A stretch of 64,000 bases of DNA from Acidobacteriota bacterium. GTDB lineage: Bacteria; Acidobacteriota; UBA890; WLXD01. The notes beneath the pieces were generated by a model. It was not told the DNA's origin. It ran no database searches and worked only from the letters and a program-made list of their open reading frames with translations. The DNA is taken from contig CAXWPH010000007.1 of assembly GCA_963666055.2 (NCBI GenBank), forward strand, positions 192,001-256,000. The letters run 5' to 3'. Made by a program: the position numbers and the translations under genes. Positions 48,947 through 59,063 of the stretch are shown piece after piece (the first letter of the stretch is position 1; each line of letters opens with the position of its first letter).

Positions 48947-50860
48947 TCACTCGCCGGCGCCCAGGGTAATCGTCGCCCGATCATGTCCTGCCTGAGCAGC
49001 GCGGACCTCCAGCGACACCTCAGCGCCTGCTTCAGCGTAGACGCGCCACTCGATCTTCTTGGTCGATTCGTCGGCACCGGCACCCCAGCGCCAGATGTAC
49101 GAGTGCCTGCCGAGGATATGCCCGGCGTTCTGCAACGCACCGCCTTCGATCTCCCCGCCGTCGACCTCGAGCTCCGCCAGAATCGGATTGTCACGCCGGA
49201 TCTCCAGCGCCTTGCGGCTCACATAGGTCGGCAGGTAGCCCTGGTTCTGCAGCGTCGCTACTACCCGATATTCGCCCTCGGCAACGCGCTCGGCCGACAG
49301 GCCGGCGATCGCGAGCACCGGGGCCTGGTCGGCGATGTAGAGCAGGAAACGGTAGTGCAGGTCGGCCTGGTCACGCATACGCTCGTCCAGGCCCGGCGGC
49401 ATGCCGCGCGGCCCGCCGATCTCGACCAGCCCAAGCGTCGGGTGCTCGTAGCGCTCCCAGTGACTCCAGAGCTCGCCGCCCTTGTCCTCATCGTTCCAGC
49501 GCAAGATCTCGAACACGGTGACGTAGCGATCGCCATCGTAGTCTTTGCCGATGGCCATGCCCTCGGGCATCAGGGCGTGAATGCCGCGGCTGATATAGGC
49601 CCAATCGATCTCGCAGCCGTGTTGCACGTCGGTGTAGGCGCCGGCGGCAATCTCCTGGCTGTAGTAGTTGTTCTCGATGATGTTGCCGCCGCCCAGCGCC
49701 GACCACACGGCCCCGATGCGCGTGTAGAATTCATTGTCCTCGGGCGCCATCCAATCGTACGGATGGTGCAGGCCGGGCCGGGCAGTGTAGTTCCGCGCCG
49801 TCTGATCGGCGTGCATGTTGTACTGGAAAAAGATGTTCTTGTGCCCGGTGATGAAAAACGCCGCGGCACGCACCTCGGGTAGCGAAAATGGAAAGGGCCC
49901 GCCGCCGGGCTCGTCGGGCCGCCACTCGGCTCCCCAATCGCGATTGAAATCAGAGGGCGGCGGATCGAGGCCGACGTTGCGCTCGAAGCCGTTCACCGTG
50001 AGGTTGATCTCGTCGATCGGGTACAGCGGCTCCACCCCTTCCGTGTAGATGGAGTAGCGCTCGTCCGGTGGCACCGGGTGCTCGATCGGTGGCGGAGCCT
50101 CGCCGGTTGGCTGCCAACGCGACGCGGCTCCAACGGCGGTCGAGCCGAGAACTTGCTGCCCGCTCGAACGCCAGCGCTTGGTCTCGTCGTACTCGGTCGC
50201 CACGTAGTTCCAGCGCCCATTATCGCGGGCGCGGAGACGTAGCATGACGCGGCTGTCCTGTGGACTCTCGTACCACCAACCGTCCGGATCCTTCACCCGG
50301 ATGCTGCTGATGTAGCCGTCGCCGTCGAGGTCACGGCCAGCCTGCCGCTGCGGCTCGTGGCCGGGCCACGACGGATGCCGGGTCAGCGAGCGCTCGCCGC
50401 CATCGGCGTCAAACATCGGCACGATGTAGAAGACGCGGCTGTCGATCAGGCGAGTGACGACATCATCAACGCCGTACGTCTGCAGCAACCGCTCGATGAT
50501 GTACATGGCGCGCACGCGGCCGTTCGCCTCGTGCGCATGGAGGTTGCCGTCGATCCACAGGCCCGGCTTCGAGTCTCCCGGGCCGGTCGCGGAGCTGGTG
50601 ATCTCCATCAACCAGAGATCTCTGCCCTCGGCCGTCTTGCCGATGCTCTGCAGGCTGGCGATCTCCGGGTGCTGCGCCGCCAGCTCCCGAAGGCGCTCGG
50701 TAACCTCCGCATACAGCGGATACGGCCAACGGCCGAAGTCGTAGTCGATGTCGGTAAGCTCATGAGCGATGGCGTCGAGGGAACCTTGCCCGTACGCGCT
50801 CGGCGAAATCATCGAGGCCATCAGCAGTATCAGCAGCAGTGGTCGCATCGGTCGCCTCAT
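48947..50860 (-). CDS. M14 zinc carboxypeptidase, copy 3
   Basis: GNLHAHE, DFNR, MH and PE motifs; two DxDGD loops; ATGA coupling. Confidence 0.88.
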   Translation of the reverse strand: MRRPMRPLLLILLMASMISPSAYGQGSLDAIAHELTDIDYDFGRWPYPLYAEVTERLRELAAQHPEIASLQSIGKTAEGRDLWLMEITSSATGPGDSKPGLWIDGNLHAHEANGRVRAMYIIERLLQTYGVDDVVTRLIDSRVFYIVPMFDADGGERSLTRHPSWPGHEPQRQAGRDLDGDGYISSIRVKDPDGWWYESPQDSRVMLRLRARDNGRWNYVATEYDETKRWRSSGQQVLGSTAVGAASRWQPTGEAPPPIEHPVPPDERYSIYTEGVEPLYPIDEINLTVNGFERNVGLDPPPSDFNRDWGAEWRPDEPGGGPFPFSLPEVRAAAFFITGHKNIFFQYNMHADQTARNYTARPGLHHPYDWMAPEDNEFYTRIGAVWSALGGGNIIENNYYSQEIAAGAYTDVQHGCEIDWAYISRGIHALMPEGMAIGKDYDGDRYVTVFEILRWNDEDKGGELWSHWERYEHPTLGLVEIGGPRGMPPGLDERMRDQADLHYRFLLYIADQAPVLAIAGLSAERVAEGEYRVVATLQNQGYLPTYVSRKALEIRRDNPILAELEVDGGEIEGGALQNAGHILGRHSYIWRWGAGADESTKKIEWRVYAEAGAEVSLEVRAAQAGHDRATITLGAGE

Positions 50861-52665
50861 CGGATTTCCAGGGTACGCCGGTCGCTGCCGGCCTTGTGGG
50901 CTGCAGCGCGCACCTCGACGATCACCGGACCAGACCCGCGGCGGCGAACGGTCCAGGTTGCGGTCTTCGACGGCACCTCCTCTCCTTCGTCGGCCCACTG
51001 GCGGATGAACGTGAACTTCCCCACCAGGTGGCCGACGATCTGCGAAGGGTCGCCCTCGACAATCTCGCCGCCGTCGACCGTGATGTCGACCACCACCGGG
51101 AAGTCGCGAGGCCGGATGCCGAGCGCCGCGCCCGGCCCGGCGACGTTGGATGATCCGCCGATCTCCAGCGCCCGCTGCGTGACGTAGGTCGAGATCCAAC
51201 CCTCGTTGCGGATCTCGGCCTCGACGGTGAGCGTGCCGTCGGCGTTCTGCGTCGACGTCACATCGACGACGCGAACCTCGGGCGCCAGGCTCGCGATGTA
51301 CATGAAATAGCGGAAGGACCGGTCGGTGCGGAGGCGCATCATGTCGCCGATCGATGGCGGGAACGGCCCCGTCGGCGACACACGGTAGCCGCCGATCTCG
51401 ATCGACCCCAGCTCCGGGTGATCGTAGGGCGTCCACGGCTCAGCGAACTGGCCGCCCATTTCCTCGATGTGCCAGCGGTCCAGCTCTTCGGGCGTCACTT
51501 CGCCGCTGCCGTCGTAGTCGATCCCCGCGCCGCCGACCTCGCTGCCGAAGCCGTAGATTCCCTGGTGCAGGTATGCCCAGTCCGGCGGCAGGCCGCCGAT
51601 CGTGGCGCCGGTGCCGGCTGGCGTGTAGTAGTCGCTGAACGTCTGATCGCCGGGACTCAGCACCGACCAGGCCACCTCGAGACGCCGGTAGACGTCGTTG
51701 TCCTCATGGTGCATGTCCTGGTACGACCCGTTGCTGAGCGGCCGGATCATCCACTCCCGGCCGACGCCACCGGCGTGGATGTCGTGCATGAAGAAGATGT
51801 TCTTGCGGTCGGTCATCTCCTTGGCTACCGCGTAGATCTCCGGCAGCGAGAACTGGAACTCGCCCGCGCCGGGGTCCTCGGATACCCACTCGGCACCGAA
51901 GTTGCGGTTGTAGTCGGGCTGCTCGCGGCGCCCGGTCCAGTCGCGCTCGCGATCTTTGATCTCCCATCCGGTGTCACCTGTGGGCCGCCAGACGTAGCCG
52001 AGGGGATCCATGTGCCAGTCTTCGTCCAGCAGCCTGCCTTCGGGAAGATACTGATACTCCTCGTCGTCCGGGCTGTCCTTCCAACGCATCTGGGTGATGT
52101 AGCCGTCGTCGTTGAGATCGGCACCCGGCTGCTCGTGTTCGTTGTAGCCCGGCCAGGCCGGATGCGAGGTAAGCGCCAGCTGCCGCGAGTCGGGGTTCAA
52201 GTCGGTCAGAACGTAGAAGGTTCGGGTATCGAGGATCTCTGTTACAGCAGGGTCGACGCCGTACATCGCCGACGCTCGTTCGACGAAGTACTCGAGGTAC
52301 ACGGGTCCCGGCGTCTCGTTGGGGTGTACCCCGGCCTCGATCCAGATGCCCGGCTTCGACTCGCCGTCGCCGGTCTCGAAGTTGGTGATCTCCATCATCA
52401 ACAGCTCTCTGCCCTGGCGACTCTCACCGATGTGGTGGGCGCGGACGATCTGCGGATACTGGACCGCGAGCTGCTGCAGCCGAGCATTGACCGCCGCCGG
52501 CAGGCGATACGGCCAGCGATCGAAGTCGAACTGTTCCTTCGTCGGCTCGAAGTCGACGAATTCCTCGAACCGCTGGGCGTCGGCCGCGCCGGCCGCCAGC
52601 AGAACAGCAATCACCGCGGCCATCGAGCCGAGCCGTACCCGGCTTCCCGTGTTGCCTCGCCGCAT
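50857..52665 (-). CDS. M14 zinc carboxypeptidase, copy 2
   Basis: GVHPNE, DYNRNF, DIH and SE motifs; DLNDDG and DYDGSG loops. Confidence 0.88.
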   Translation of the reverse strand: MRRGNTGSRVRLGSMAAVIAVLLAAGAADAQRFEEFVDFEPTKEQFDFDRWPYRLPAAVNARLQQLAVQYPQIVRAHHIGESRQGRELLMMEITNFETGDGESKPGIWIEAGVHPNETPGPVYLEYFVERASAMYGVDPAVTEILDTRTFYVLTDLNPDSRQLALTSHPAWPGYNEHEQPGADLNDDGYITQMRWKDSPDDEEYQYLPEGRLLDEDWHMDPLGYVWRPTGDTGWEIKDRERDWTGRREQPDYNRNFGAEWVSEDPGAGEFQFSLPEIYAVAKEMTDRKNIFFMHDIHAGGVGREWMIRPLSNGSYQDMHHEDNDVYRRLEVAWSVLSPGDQTFSDYYTPAGTGATIGGLPPDWAYLHQGIYGFGSEVGGAGIDYDGSGEVTPEELDRWHIEEMGGQFAEPWTPYDHPELGSIEIGGYRVSPTGPFPPSIGDMMRLRTDRSFRYFMYIASLAPEVRVVDVTSTQNADGTLTVEAEIRNEGWISTYVTQRALEIGGSSNVAGPGAALGIRPRDFPVVVDITVDGGEIVEGDPSQIVGHLVGKFTFIRQWADEGEEVPSKTATWTVRRRGSGPVIVEVRAAAHKAGSDRRTLEIR

Positions 52666-52685
52666 CTGGACTCCCTCCCGGCGCC

Positions 52686-54401
52686 TCATCGGCCGATCTC
52701 CGTCGAGGCGGTCGCATAGCCTGATTTCGGCGATCCGACCCGAACGGAGATGCTTGCGGCTGAGTTCACTCGCACCACCCACTCGAAGTCAACAAGCGGC
52801 GGTACCGCCTCGAACGCCCCCTCGACGAACCCCGTCATGTGCCCGAGGTTCCTCTCCGAACCGCCCTCGACAACCTCGCCGCCCTCGATATCGATCGTCG
52901 CCATCACCGGCAGGTCGCGGCGGAGCTCGATGGAGCGGCGCGTCACGTAGGTCGGCAGCCCACCGATGTTCTGCAGGGTCGCGGTCACCCGGTGCAGGCC
53001 GTCACCCAGCGGCTCGGTCGACAAATCGGCGAGGGCGATCAACGGCGACAAACCGGCGATGTACAGCAGCAAGTCGTACTGGGCCTCGGAGTGGAATTGC
53101 AGCGTTTCGTCGAGCGCCGGAGGCATCCCCCGGGACCCGCCCACCTCGACAGTTCCGAGGGCCGGATGCGACACCTCGACCCAGGCTGACTCGAACATCC
53201 CGCCCTTCTGCTCGCGGTGCCAACGCTCCTCTTCCTGCGGCCGGATCCAGCCATCCTGGTTGTAGTCCCAGCCCGATCCGTTTACCTCCGGCGTGAGGCT
53301 ATGGAGACCAGCGTCCATGTAGGCCCAGTCATCCATGAAGCCGGCCATGGTCTCGCCGTAGCCGCGCGGCTCGCCATTTTCATCGAGCTCACTGGTGTTG
53401 AACATGTAGCTGTAGTAGTTGTTCTCGGTCAGACCACCGCCGCTCAGATGCGCCCATATCGCACCCACTCGCATGTAGAAGTGGTTGTCCTCGCCGTTCA
53501 TCCAGTCGTAGGGGCGATCCATCGGCGGACGCACCATGTAGCTACGCGACCCGCCGCCAGAGTGAATCGAGTATGTGAAGAAAATGTTGTCGTGGCCGAG
53601 GATGAAGTCGGCCACCGCCGCTACTTCGGGCAACGAGAACGGTCGCGCGCCGGCACCCGGTTCGGCGGCGCTCCACTCAGCCGACCAGTTGCGATTGAAG
53701 TCGGCCCCCTCTCGCTCGCCGGTGAGCCGGTCGCGGCGGCGGCGTTGCAGAAACTCCGGCCGGCTCCGCGCGACGACTTCTCGCGACTCCATGTAATAGC
53801 GGTAGCCGTCGTCGGCTTTGGTGTCGGGGACACGAATCCGGGTGATATAGCCGTCACCGTCGAGATCGTCGCCGATCTGCTCGTCGGGATCGTATCCCGG
53901 CCACGACGGATGCCGACTCAAGATCAGGTCGCCGCCGTCGGCGTCGAACACCGGCATCACGTAGAAAGTGCGGGTGTCGAGCATCCGGGTACTGAGCTCG
54001 TCCTTGTCGTAGCTGTACAGCAGCCGCTGCGCGAAGTACTGCAGGTACGGGCGCCCGGTGAGCTCGCCGGCGTGGATGTTGCCGTCCAACCACATGCCCG
54101 GCTTGCTGTCGCCCGGCCCGGCGTCGAAGTTGGTGAGCTCGATCACCCACAAGGGCCGGCCGCGGCGGCTCTCGCCGATCTGATGGACGCGCGCCAACCG
54201 TGGGTACGCAGCAGCAAGCCGGTGCAGGTCGTCGCCGATCTCGTCGTTGAGCGGATATGGCCAGCGCCCGAAGTCGAACGTCAGGCCGGGCGGCGGCTGA
54301 CTGCGAACGTCTTGCGCGAACAACCCTGCGGCGCCGAGCAACAGACCGACGACGACCACCATCACGACGGCCAACTGGATCACAAAGGCCGACTGGCGCA
54401 C
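52686..54401 (-). CDS. M14 zinc carboxypeptidase, copy 1
   Basis: GNIHAGE, DFNRNW, SIHSG and TPE motifs; DLDGDG and DYNQDG loops; GGAGG RBS. Confidence 0.9.
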   Translation of the reverse strand: MRQSAFVIQLAVVMVVVVGLLLGAAGLFAQDVRSQPPPGLTFDFGRWPYPLNDEIGDDLHRLAAAYPRLARVHQIGESRRGRPLWVIELTNFDAGPGDSKPGMWLDGNIHAGELTGRPYLQYFAQRLLYSYDKDELSTRMLDTRTFYVMPVFDADGGDLILSRHPSWPGYDPDEQIGDDLDGDGYITRIRVPDTKADDGYRYYMESREVVARSRPEFLQRRRRDRLTGEREGADFNRNWSAEWSAAEPGAGARPFSLPEVAAVADFILGHDNIFFTYSIHSGGGSRSYMVRPPMDRPYDWMNGEDNHFYMRVGAIWAHLSGGGLTENNYYSYMFNTSELDENGEPRGYGETMAGFMDDWAYMDAGLHSLTPEVNGSGWDYNQDGWIRPQEEERWHREQKGGMFESAWVEVSHPALGTVEVGGSRGMPPALDETLQFHSEAQYDLLLYIAGLSPLIALADLSTEPLGDGLHRVTATLQNIGGLPTYVTRRSIELRRDLPVMATIDIEGGEVVEGGSERNLGHMTGFVEGAFEAVPPLVDFEWVVRVNSAASISVRVGSPKSGYATASTEIGR

Positions 54402-54453
54402 TTCGCCACCTCCCTCGGTGGCGTGCGGGAGTTCACGCCGATCGATGCGCTAT

Positions 54454-54474
54454 TGTGGACTGCATATTGTATAC
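54454..54474. promoter_or_regulatory. Second copy of the triple-heptad operator
   Basis: TGTGGAC-TGCATAT-TGTATAC, 17/21 identical to 9648-9668. Confidence 0.6.
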
Positions 54475-54501
54475 GAATTTCCCAAACCTGGCATGGTTCA
54501 G

Positions 54502-55773
54502 ATGGGCGCGCTCGAGCGACTGATAGGCAGCTCCCTGCTGTCGTCATTTCAGCGGCCGGGCTTCGGGTGGCTGTGGCTGGCGCTGACCTTCAACGGCTTC
54601 ACCAACGGCGTCGCCTCGGTGGCGTTCGGCTGGCTGGCGCTGGAGCTCACCGGCTCACCAGTGGCGGTGGGCACGATCTTCGCGGTGCGCAACTTGCCAC
54701 GCTTGCTTTTCGCGGTGCCGATCGGGGCGCTCTCCGACCGCATGGATCGACGGCGAATGCTGCAGGGGGTCAACCTCTTCGGCGCGGTGATGGCTCTGGG
54801 CGCGGCCGGGCTTGGGCTCACTGGCAACCTGACCTTCGTCGGTCTACTGGTGGTTGCCTTTCTGGAAGGCGCGTTCGACGCCGTCGAGAGCACGCTCGGA
54901 CGCACCCTCGTCTACGATCTCGTGGGCCGCGCTGAAGCCGTCAACGGCATGGCGCTGGAGCAGCTCGGCAATCGCGGCGTCGGCGCTGCCGGGTCCGTCG
55001 CGGCCGGCGTGCTGCTGGCGTGGTACGGATCGGCGGCCCCGTTCCTGTGCATGTCCATCGCCTTTGTCGGCGCGGTAACGGTGCTGACCCTGATCCCCCG
55101 CGATCTGCTGCCGACGCGCCGCCAGCCTCGGTCTGGCGACGGTGCTGCGCAATCTCGCGGACTCCGCAACCTCACCACCGGCCTCGAGGGCTTCGCTGTA
55201 CTGTGGCGCAACCCGGCCGTGTTGACGCTCGCCGCGATCGGGGCCGGGGCGGAGATCTTCGCCTTCTCCAGCGATGCGCTGCTGCCATCATTCGCCCGCG
55301 ACATCCTGGAGGTCGGCGAGACCGGGCTGGGCAACATGATCGCCGCGCGGCAGATAGGCGGCGTAGCCGGCCTGCTGACGCTCGCCGCACTATCAACCCG
55401 GCTGCGACCGGGCAAGCTGCTCTTCTGGATGTGCGGGCTCTTCGGGATCACACTGATCGCCTTCGCCGGCTCCGGCTCCTACCCGCTGTCGCTACTTCTG
55501 ATGCTCGGGATCGGCGTGGCCTGGGCGGCCCTGGACGTGCTACTGCCGAAGCTGGTACAGGACCGGGTCCCGGATGACGAGCGCGGCGCTGCCGTCGGCA
55601 TCTGGAACCTCAGCCGCGGCACCGGGCCGCTAGGCAGCCTCGAGACCGGAGCCGTCGCCGGCGCGCTCGGGGCGCCGATGGCGCAGGTTATCAACGCCGG
55701 CGCCTTCCTGATCGTGGTGGTGGCTGCGGCGTTGCTGCAGCGGACCGAGCGCTGGCGAATATCATCAACATGA
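54502..55773 (+). CDS. MFS transporter (DHA3/EntS-like)
   Basis: About 12 TM segments; GALSDRMDRR motif. Confidence 0.88.
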   Translation: MGALERLIGSSLLSSFQRPGFGWLWLALTFNGFTNGVASVAFGWLALELTGSPVAVGTIFAVRNLPRLLFAVPIGALSDRMDRRRMLQGVNLFGAVMALGAAGLGLTGNLTFVGLLVVAFLEGAFDAVESTLGRTLVYDLVGRAEAVNGMALEQLGNRGVGAAGSVAAGVLLAWYGSAAPFLCMSIAFVGAVTVLTLIPRDLLPTRRQPRSGDGAAQSRGLRNLTTGLEGFAVLWRNPAVLTLAAIGAGAEIFAFSSDALLPSFARDILEVGETGLGNMIAARQIGGVAGLLTLAALSTRLRPGKLLFWMCGLFGITLIAFAGSGSYPLSLLLMLGIGVAWAALDVLLPKLVQDRVPDDERGAAVGIWNLSRGTGPLGSLETGAVAGALGAPMAQVINAGAFLIVVVAAALLQRTERWRISST

Positions 55774-55777
55774 CGCG

Positions 55778-56194
55778 CTAGAATCCAGCCTGCTCTACCG
55801 CGTCGTTGTCCTCGCCGTCTCCCCAGACCGCGCCGTCGAAGTGGTCGTGAATGTGGCGGTCTTTCGTCAGCAGGGGGGCGCCGCCCAGGCGGGACTGGGC
55901 CACGGCAATGCGATCGAAGGGGTCGCGTGTCCAGGTTTCCTGCAGCGCCACTTCGATGACCGTGGCGAACGACAATGCACAACGCTGCAGACCGATCTCA
56001 CGCGCCAACGCCTGTAGCACGGGTTCAGCCGGCTCGGTGGTCTTGGCGGCCTCGTGGAGATACTGCAGTTCGAGCGCAACGATCGGCGAGATCAGCGGAT
56101 CGTGGTGGTCGATGAGTGAGCGAACAACGGGCGGAATGAGATCGGTGCGACCGGCATACAACCAGACCACGACATGGGTATCGAGATAGATCAC
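55778..56194 (-). CDS. vapC: PIN domain toxin (VapC-like)
   Basis: YLDTHVVVW, LEL, TRDPFDR and LLTKD motifs. Confidence 0.9.
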   Translation of the reverse strand: MIYLDTHVVVWLYAGRTDLIPPVVRSLIDHHDPLISPIVALELQYLHEAAKTTEPAEPVLQALAREIGLQRCALSFATVIEVALQETWTRDPFDRIAVAQSRLGGAPLLTKDRHIHDHFDGAVWGDGEDNDAVEQAGF

Positions 56195-56234
56195 TGGCTA
56201 ACGCCGATGCGCGCTGCCACGGGTGCACGCAGAC

Positions 56235-56465
56235 TTACACATCCCCCGGCCGCCAGGTGTCGGACCAATCGATGTGGACGACGTCCTCCGGGTCGGCGTT
56301 CAGATAGTCGCGCAACGGCAGCGAATCCAACTTGGAGGTCTCCTCCGGCGGAACGATCCTGAGGACCTTGCCTCGTCTCTCGATTTCTACGGGAACGCCG
56401 CTCTCCAGGACCTTGTCGAGGACCCGGTAGATGTCCTGCCGAAGTCGTGACGCCGTCAATCGCAT
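56235..56465 (-). CDS. Phd/YefM family antitoxin
   Basis: MRLTASRLRQDIYRVLD.V.E.G.PVEIERRGK. Confidence 0.88.
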   Translation of the reverse strand: MRLTASRLRQDIYRVLDKVLESGVPVEIERRGKVLRIVPPEETSKLDSLPLRDYLNADPEDVVHIDWSDTWRPGDV

Positions 56466-56523
56466 GTTGGACCTCTGGAGTGAGGAGCCGGCCATGGGCC
56501 CCCTCGCGCGGCCGAATCGCAGT

Positions 56524-56567
56524 ACATGCATGTGAGTCGTACGTACGCTCTATATATTAGCGTACGT
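56524..56567. promoter_or_regulatory. Palindromic operator region upstream of the Phd-VapC operon
   Basis: ACATGCATGT, CGTACGTACG, and ACGTACGCT-N9-AGCGTACGT around an AT-rich core. Confidence 0.6.
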
Positions 56568-56663
56568 GCGCTGCATGCGGCTAGAACCATGGGAGAAGGA
56601 GTTTCGGGTACCGGTGGCATCGGTACCGTCGAGCGCCAACGCCACTAGCCGGCCCAGCCGCTC

Positions 56664-58028
56664 TCAGTGAATGAGCAGAACCCGTTCGTTGGGCGGGTAG
56701 AAGAACTGCACACCGTCTTCGGTCAGGATGGCGTTGTCCTCGATGCCGAGGCGTACGCGGTGGCCGTCCCACTCCGGGACCGCGGTGTTGGCGAAGAGCT
56801 CGAAAGCGAAGATGTGGTTCGGCTTCAACACCAGGTGATGGACGGCGGTGCGGAAGCCGCTGATGCACGGACCCGCCTCGATCTCGCTGTCGCCGGTGTT
56901 GCCAACACAGTGGCAGTCGGTCGACACCTGCGTCTTGTGGGCTTCGTCTTCGGAGAAACCGCGCGCTTCGAGAGCCTCGGACCAGACCTTGTCCCAACCA
57001 CCACTGAAGCCGGGGTCGCCGACCAGATTCACCCAGACGAAACCGGCGTCCTCGAAGTTCTTGCCGATGACCTCCAGCGTCTCGCCCGTGGTCCGGCCCA
57101 CCTTGATGCTGTCGCGTAGCACCTGGCGGGCGCGCAGCCCCTCGTCGAAGGCGTGCTGCAGGCCGGCCGGTATGGCGATCTCGCCCTCGGGCAAGACGTA
57201 CGCGGTGCGCTTGATGTCCGAGCCGAGGTTCATGAACTCGAAGCCGAAGTCGAACTGGAACAGGTCGCCGCGCTGGAAGAGGTAGTCGGGGGAGTCATAA
57301 TCGTCCGCGGAAGCCTTGGCTGAGTACAGAACCTGCGGCATGAACAGCTTGGTGAAGATGGGCTCGATCCCCAGACCCAGCAACTCGTCCTTGATCCACC
57401 ACGCCACCTGCTCGAGCGTCGTCTTGCCGACCGTGATCACCTCGTTCGACAGCGCTCGCTCGATCAGGCGTCGCGTCACCTCGCCGAGCTTGCCGTACTC
57501 GACGATCTCGCTGATCACCCGCCGATCACGGAAATCGGCGATCACGTCCTCGGCCGAGATCAGCCGTGCCGCGTATTTGTCGCCGAGCGCCTCGACCAGA
57601 CGCAAATAACCTGTATGGCTGAGGCCGTCGCCCACGGCGATTCGTCCCGACATGTTCACCGCGATGGTCTCCGGGTCGCGCTCCTCGACGAACTGCCGCA
57701 GGTCCCCTTCGTCGCCGATGAGGTCATAGCCGCCGTCGCCGCGCAGCACCTCGCCGCCAAGGATGGCGCGCTCGATACGGTCGCCGCCGCGGTCGGTGAA
57801 GATGAAGTAGCCGCAGCTGCCCCCCGAGGGCCGCGGAGTCAGCACATCGGCACCGGCACCGAGGTCCTTGGCCAACGCGTCGGGGTTGCCCAGCTTCATC
57901 ACGTGGATCCACATGTCGACGTTGTTGTCGCGCAGGGCCCGCGGCAGCGAGATGTCGAACTTTTCCCTGCGGACCAGCTCGAGCCGCTCCCAGCGGCTGC
58001 GGAATTCGTTCGCTTCTTGGTAGGGCAC
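56664..58028 (-). CDS. M24 family metallopeptidase without obvious signal peptide
   Basis: FDFG..GSDIKR, DCH, AFE and GIED ligands; paralog of 6149 and 40831; AAGGAG RBS. Confidence 0.87.
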   Translation of the reverse strand: MPYQEANEFRSRWERLELVRREKFDISLPRALRDNNVDMWIHVMKLGNPDALAKDLGAGADVLTPRPSGGSCGYFIFTDRGGDRIERAILGGEVLRGDGGYDLIGDEGDLRQFVEERDPETIAVNMSGRIAVGDGLSHTGYLRLVEALGDKYAARLISAEDVIADFRDRRVISEIVEYGKLGEVTRRLIERALSNEVITVGKTTLEQVAWWIKDELLGLGIEPIFTKLFMPQVLYSAKASADDYDSPDYLFQRGDLFQFDFGFEFMNLGSDIKRTAYVLPEGEIAIPAGLQHAFDEGLRARQVLRDSIKVGRTTGETLEVIGKNFEDAGFVWVNLVGDPGFSGGWDKVWSEALEARGFSEDEAHKTQVSTDCHCVGNTGDSEIEAGPCISGFRTAVHHLVLKPNHIFAFELFANTAVPEWDGHRVRLGIEDNAILTEDGVQFFYPPNERVLLIH

Positions 58029-58053
58029 AAGCGCTCCTTATTGAGACTGCGAT

Positions 58054-59046
58054 TCAACGGGGAAAATTCAGGATGGCGTCGATTCGCTGCCGGCCGCCGA
58101 CGCGCTCCGCCCAGGCGTCGTAAACGTTCGCCGCGGCCGTAGCAAACGCGTCGCGGTCAGGATAGGTCACGGTCACACCGGCATCGATGAGCTGTTGCAG
58201 GCGCTGCTCGTCGACCTCGGCGTAGAGCTGGCGCTCGTAGTCCACAAGATCGATAAGCGTGGTGTCGACGATCTCTTGCAGATCGCGCGGTAGACGATCG
58301 TAAAACGTCTTGCTCATGAGCACCGGCGCCACCAGCCTCAGCCACCCCACCTGCGCCCAGTAGGGAGCTACCTCGAAGAACCGCTTCGAGTGGTAGTTGG
58401 AGTTCGCCGCCTCGGCCCCGTCGATGACTCCGGTCTCCAGCGACGTGTAGAGCTCGTTGTAGGCCATCGGTAGCGGGCTGGCGCCGAACGCCGCGAACGC
58501 GGCGAGGTGCGGCGGGCTCTCCATCGTGCGGATCTTCAGCCCACGAAGGTCATCGATGGTCTCGACCGCCTGCTCGGTGGTCATGATGTGGCGCAAGCCG
58601 TAGTTGAAATAGCCCATGAGGTGGAAGCCCTCGCGCTCGAGCGCCGGGCGCAGGCTCTCGCCGATCTCCGAGTCGAGCACCGCAAACATGTGCGCGTCGC
58701 TCTCGAACAGGAACGGCAGCTCGAAGACATACATCTCCGGCACGAAGGTCGCCAATGTGGAGTTCGGCGACATGAGCATCTCGACGGTTCCCAGCTTCAG
58801 CCCCTCGGTTACGTCGCGGTCTTCACCGAGCGCCGAGGCGGCGTAGAGGCGAGCGTCGATGCGACCGCCAGCCGCTTCGTTTACCCGGTCGACGAACAGC
58901 TGCAGCGTCCGCGGCCCGGGGTCGTCAGCCGGCGCCGAGGCGGCGACCTTGAGGACGAATACCTCCGACCCGCCACGGCCGCAGGCGCCAAGCAAGAGGC
59001 TCACGACGATAATCAGCGACGCGTGTGAAGCCCTGTTCATTCGCAT
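58054..59046 (-). CDS. dctP: TRAP transporter substrate-binding lipoprotein
   Basis: FELPFLF, DLRGLKIR and ELYTSLETGVIDG motifs; lipobox LGAC. Confidence 0.92.
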   Translation of the reverse strand: MRMNRASHASLIIVVSLLLGACGRGGSEVFVLKVAASAPADDPGPRTLQLFVDRVNEAAGGRIDARLYAASALGEDRDVTEGLKLGTVEMLMSPNSTLATFVPEMYVFELPFLFESDAHMFAVLDSEIGESLRPALEREGFHLMGYFNYGLRHIMTTEQAVETIDDLRGLKIRTMESPPHLAAFAAFGASPLPMAYNELYTSLETGVIDGAEAANSNYHSKRFFEVAPYWAQVGWLRLVAPVLMSKTFYDRLPRDLQEIVDTTLIDLVDYERQLYAEVDEQRLQQLIDAGVTVTYPDRDAFATAAANVYDAWAERVGGRQRIDAILNFPR

Positions 59047-59063
59047 CCGGTTTGCCTCACGAG

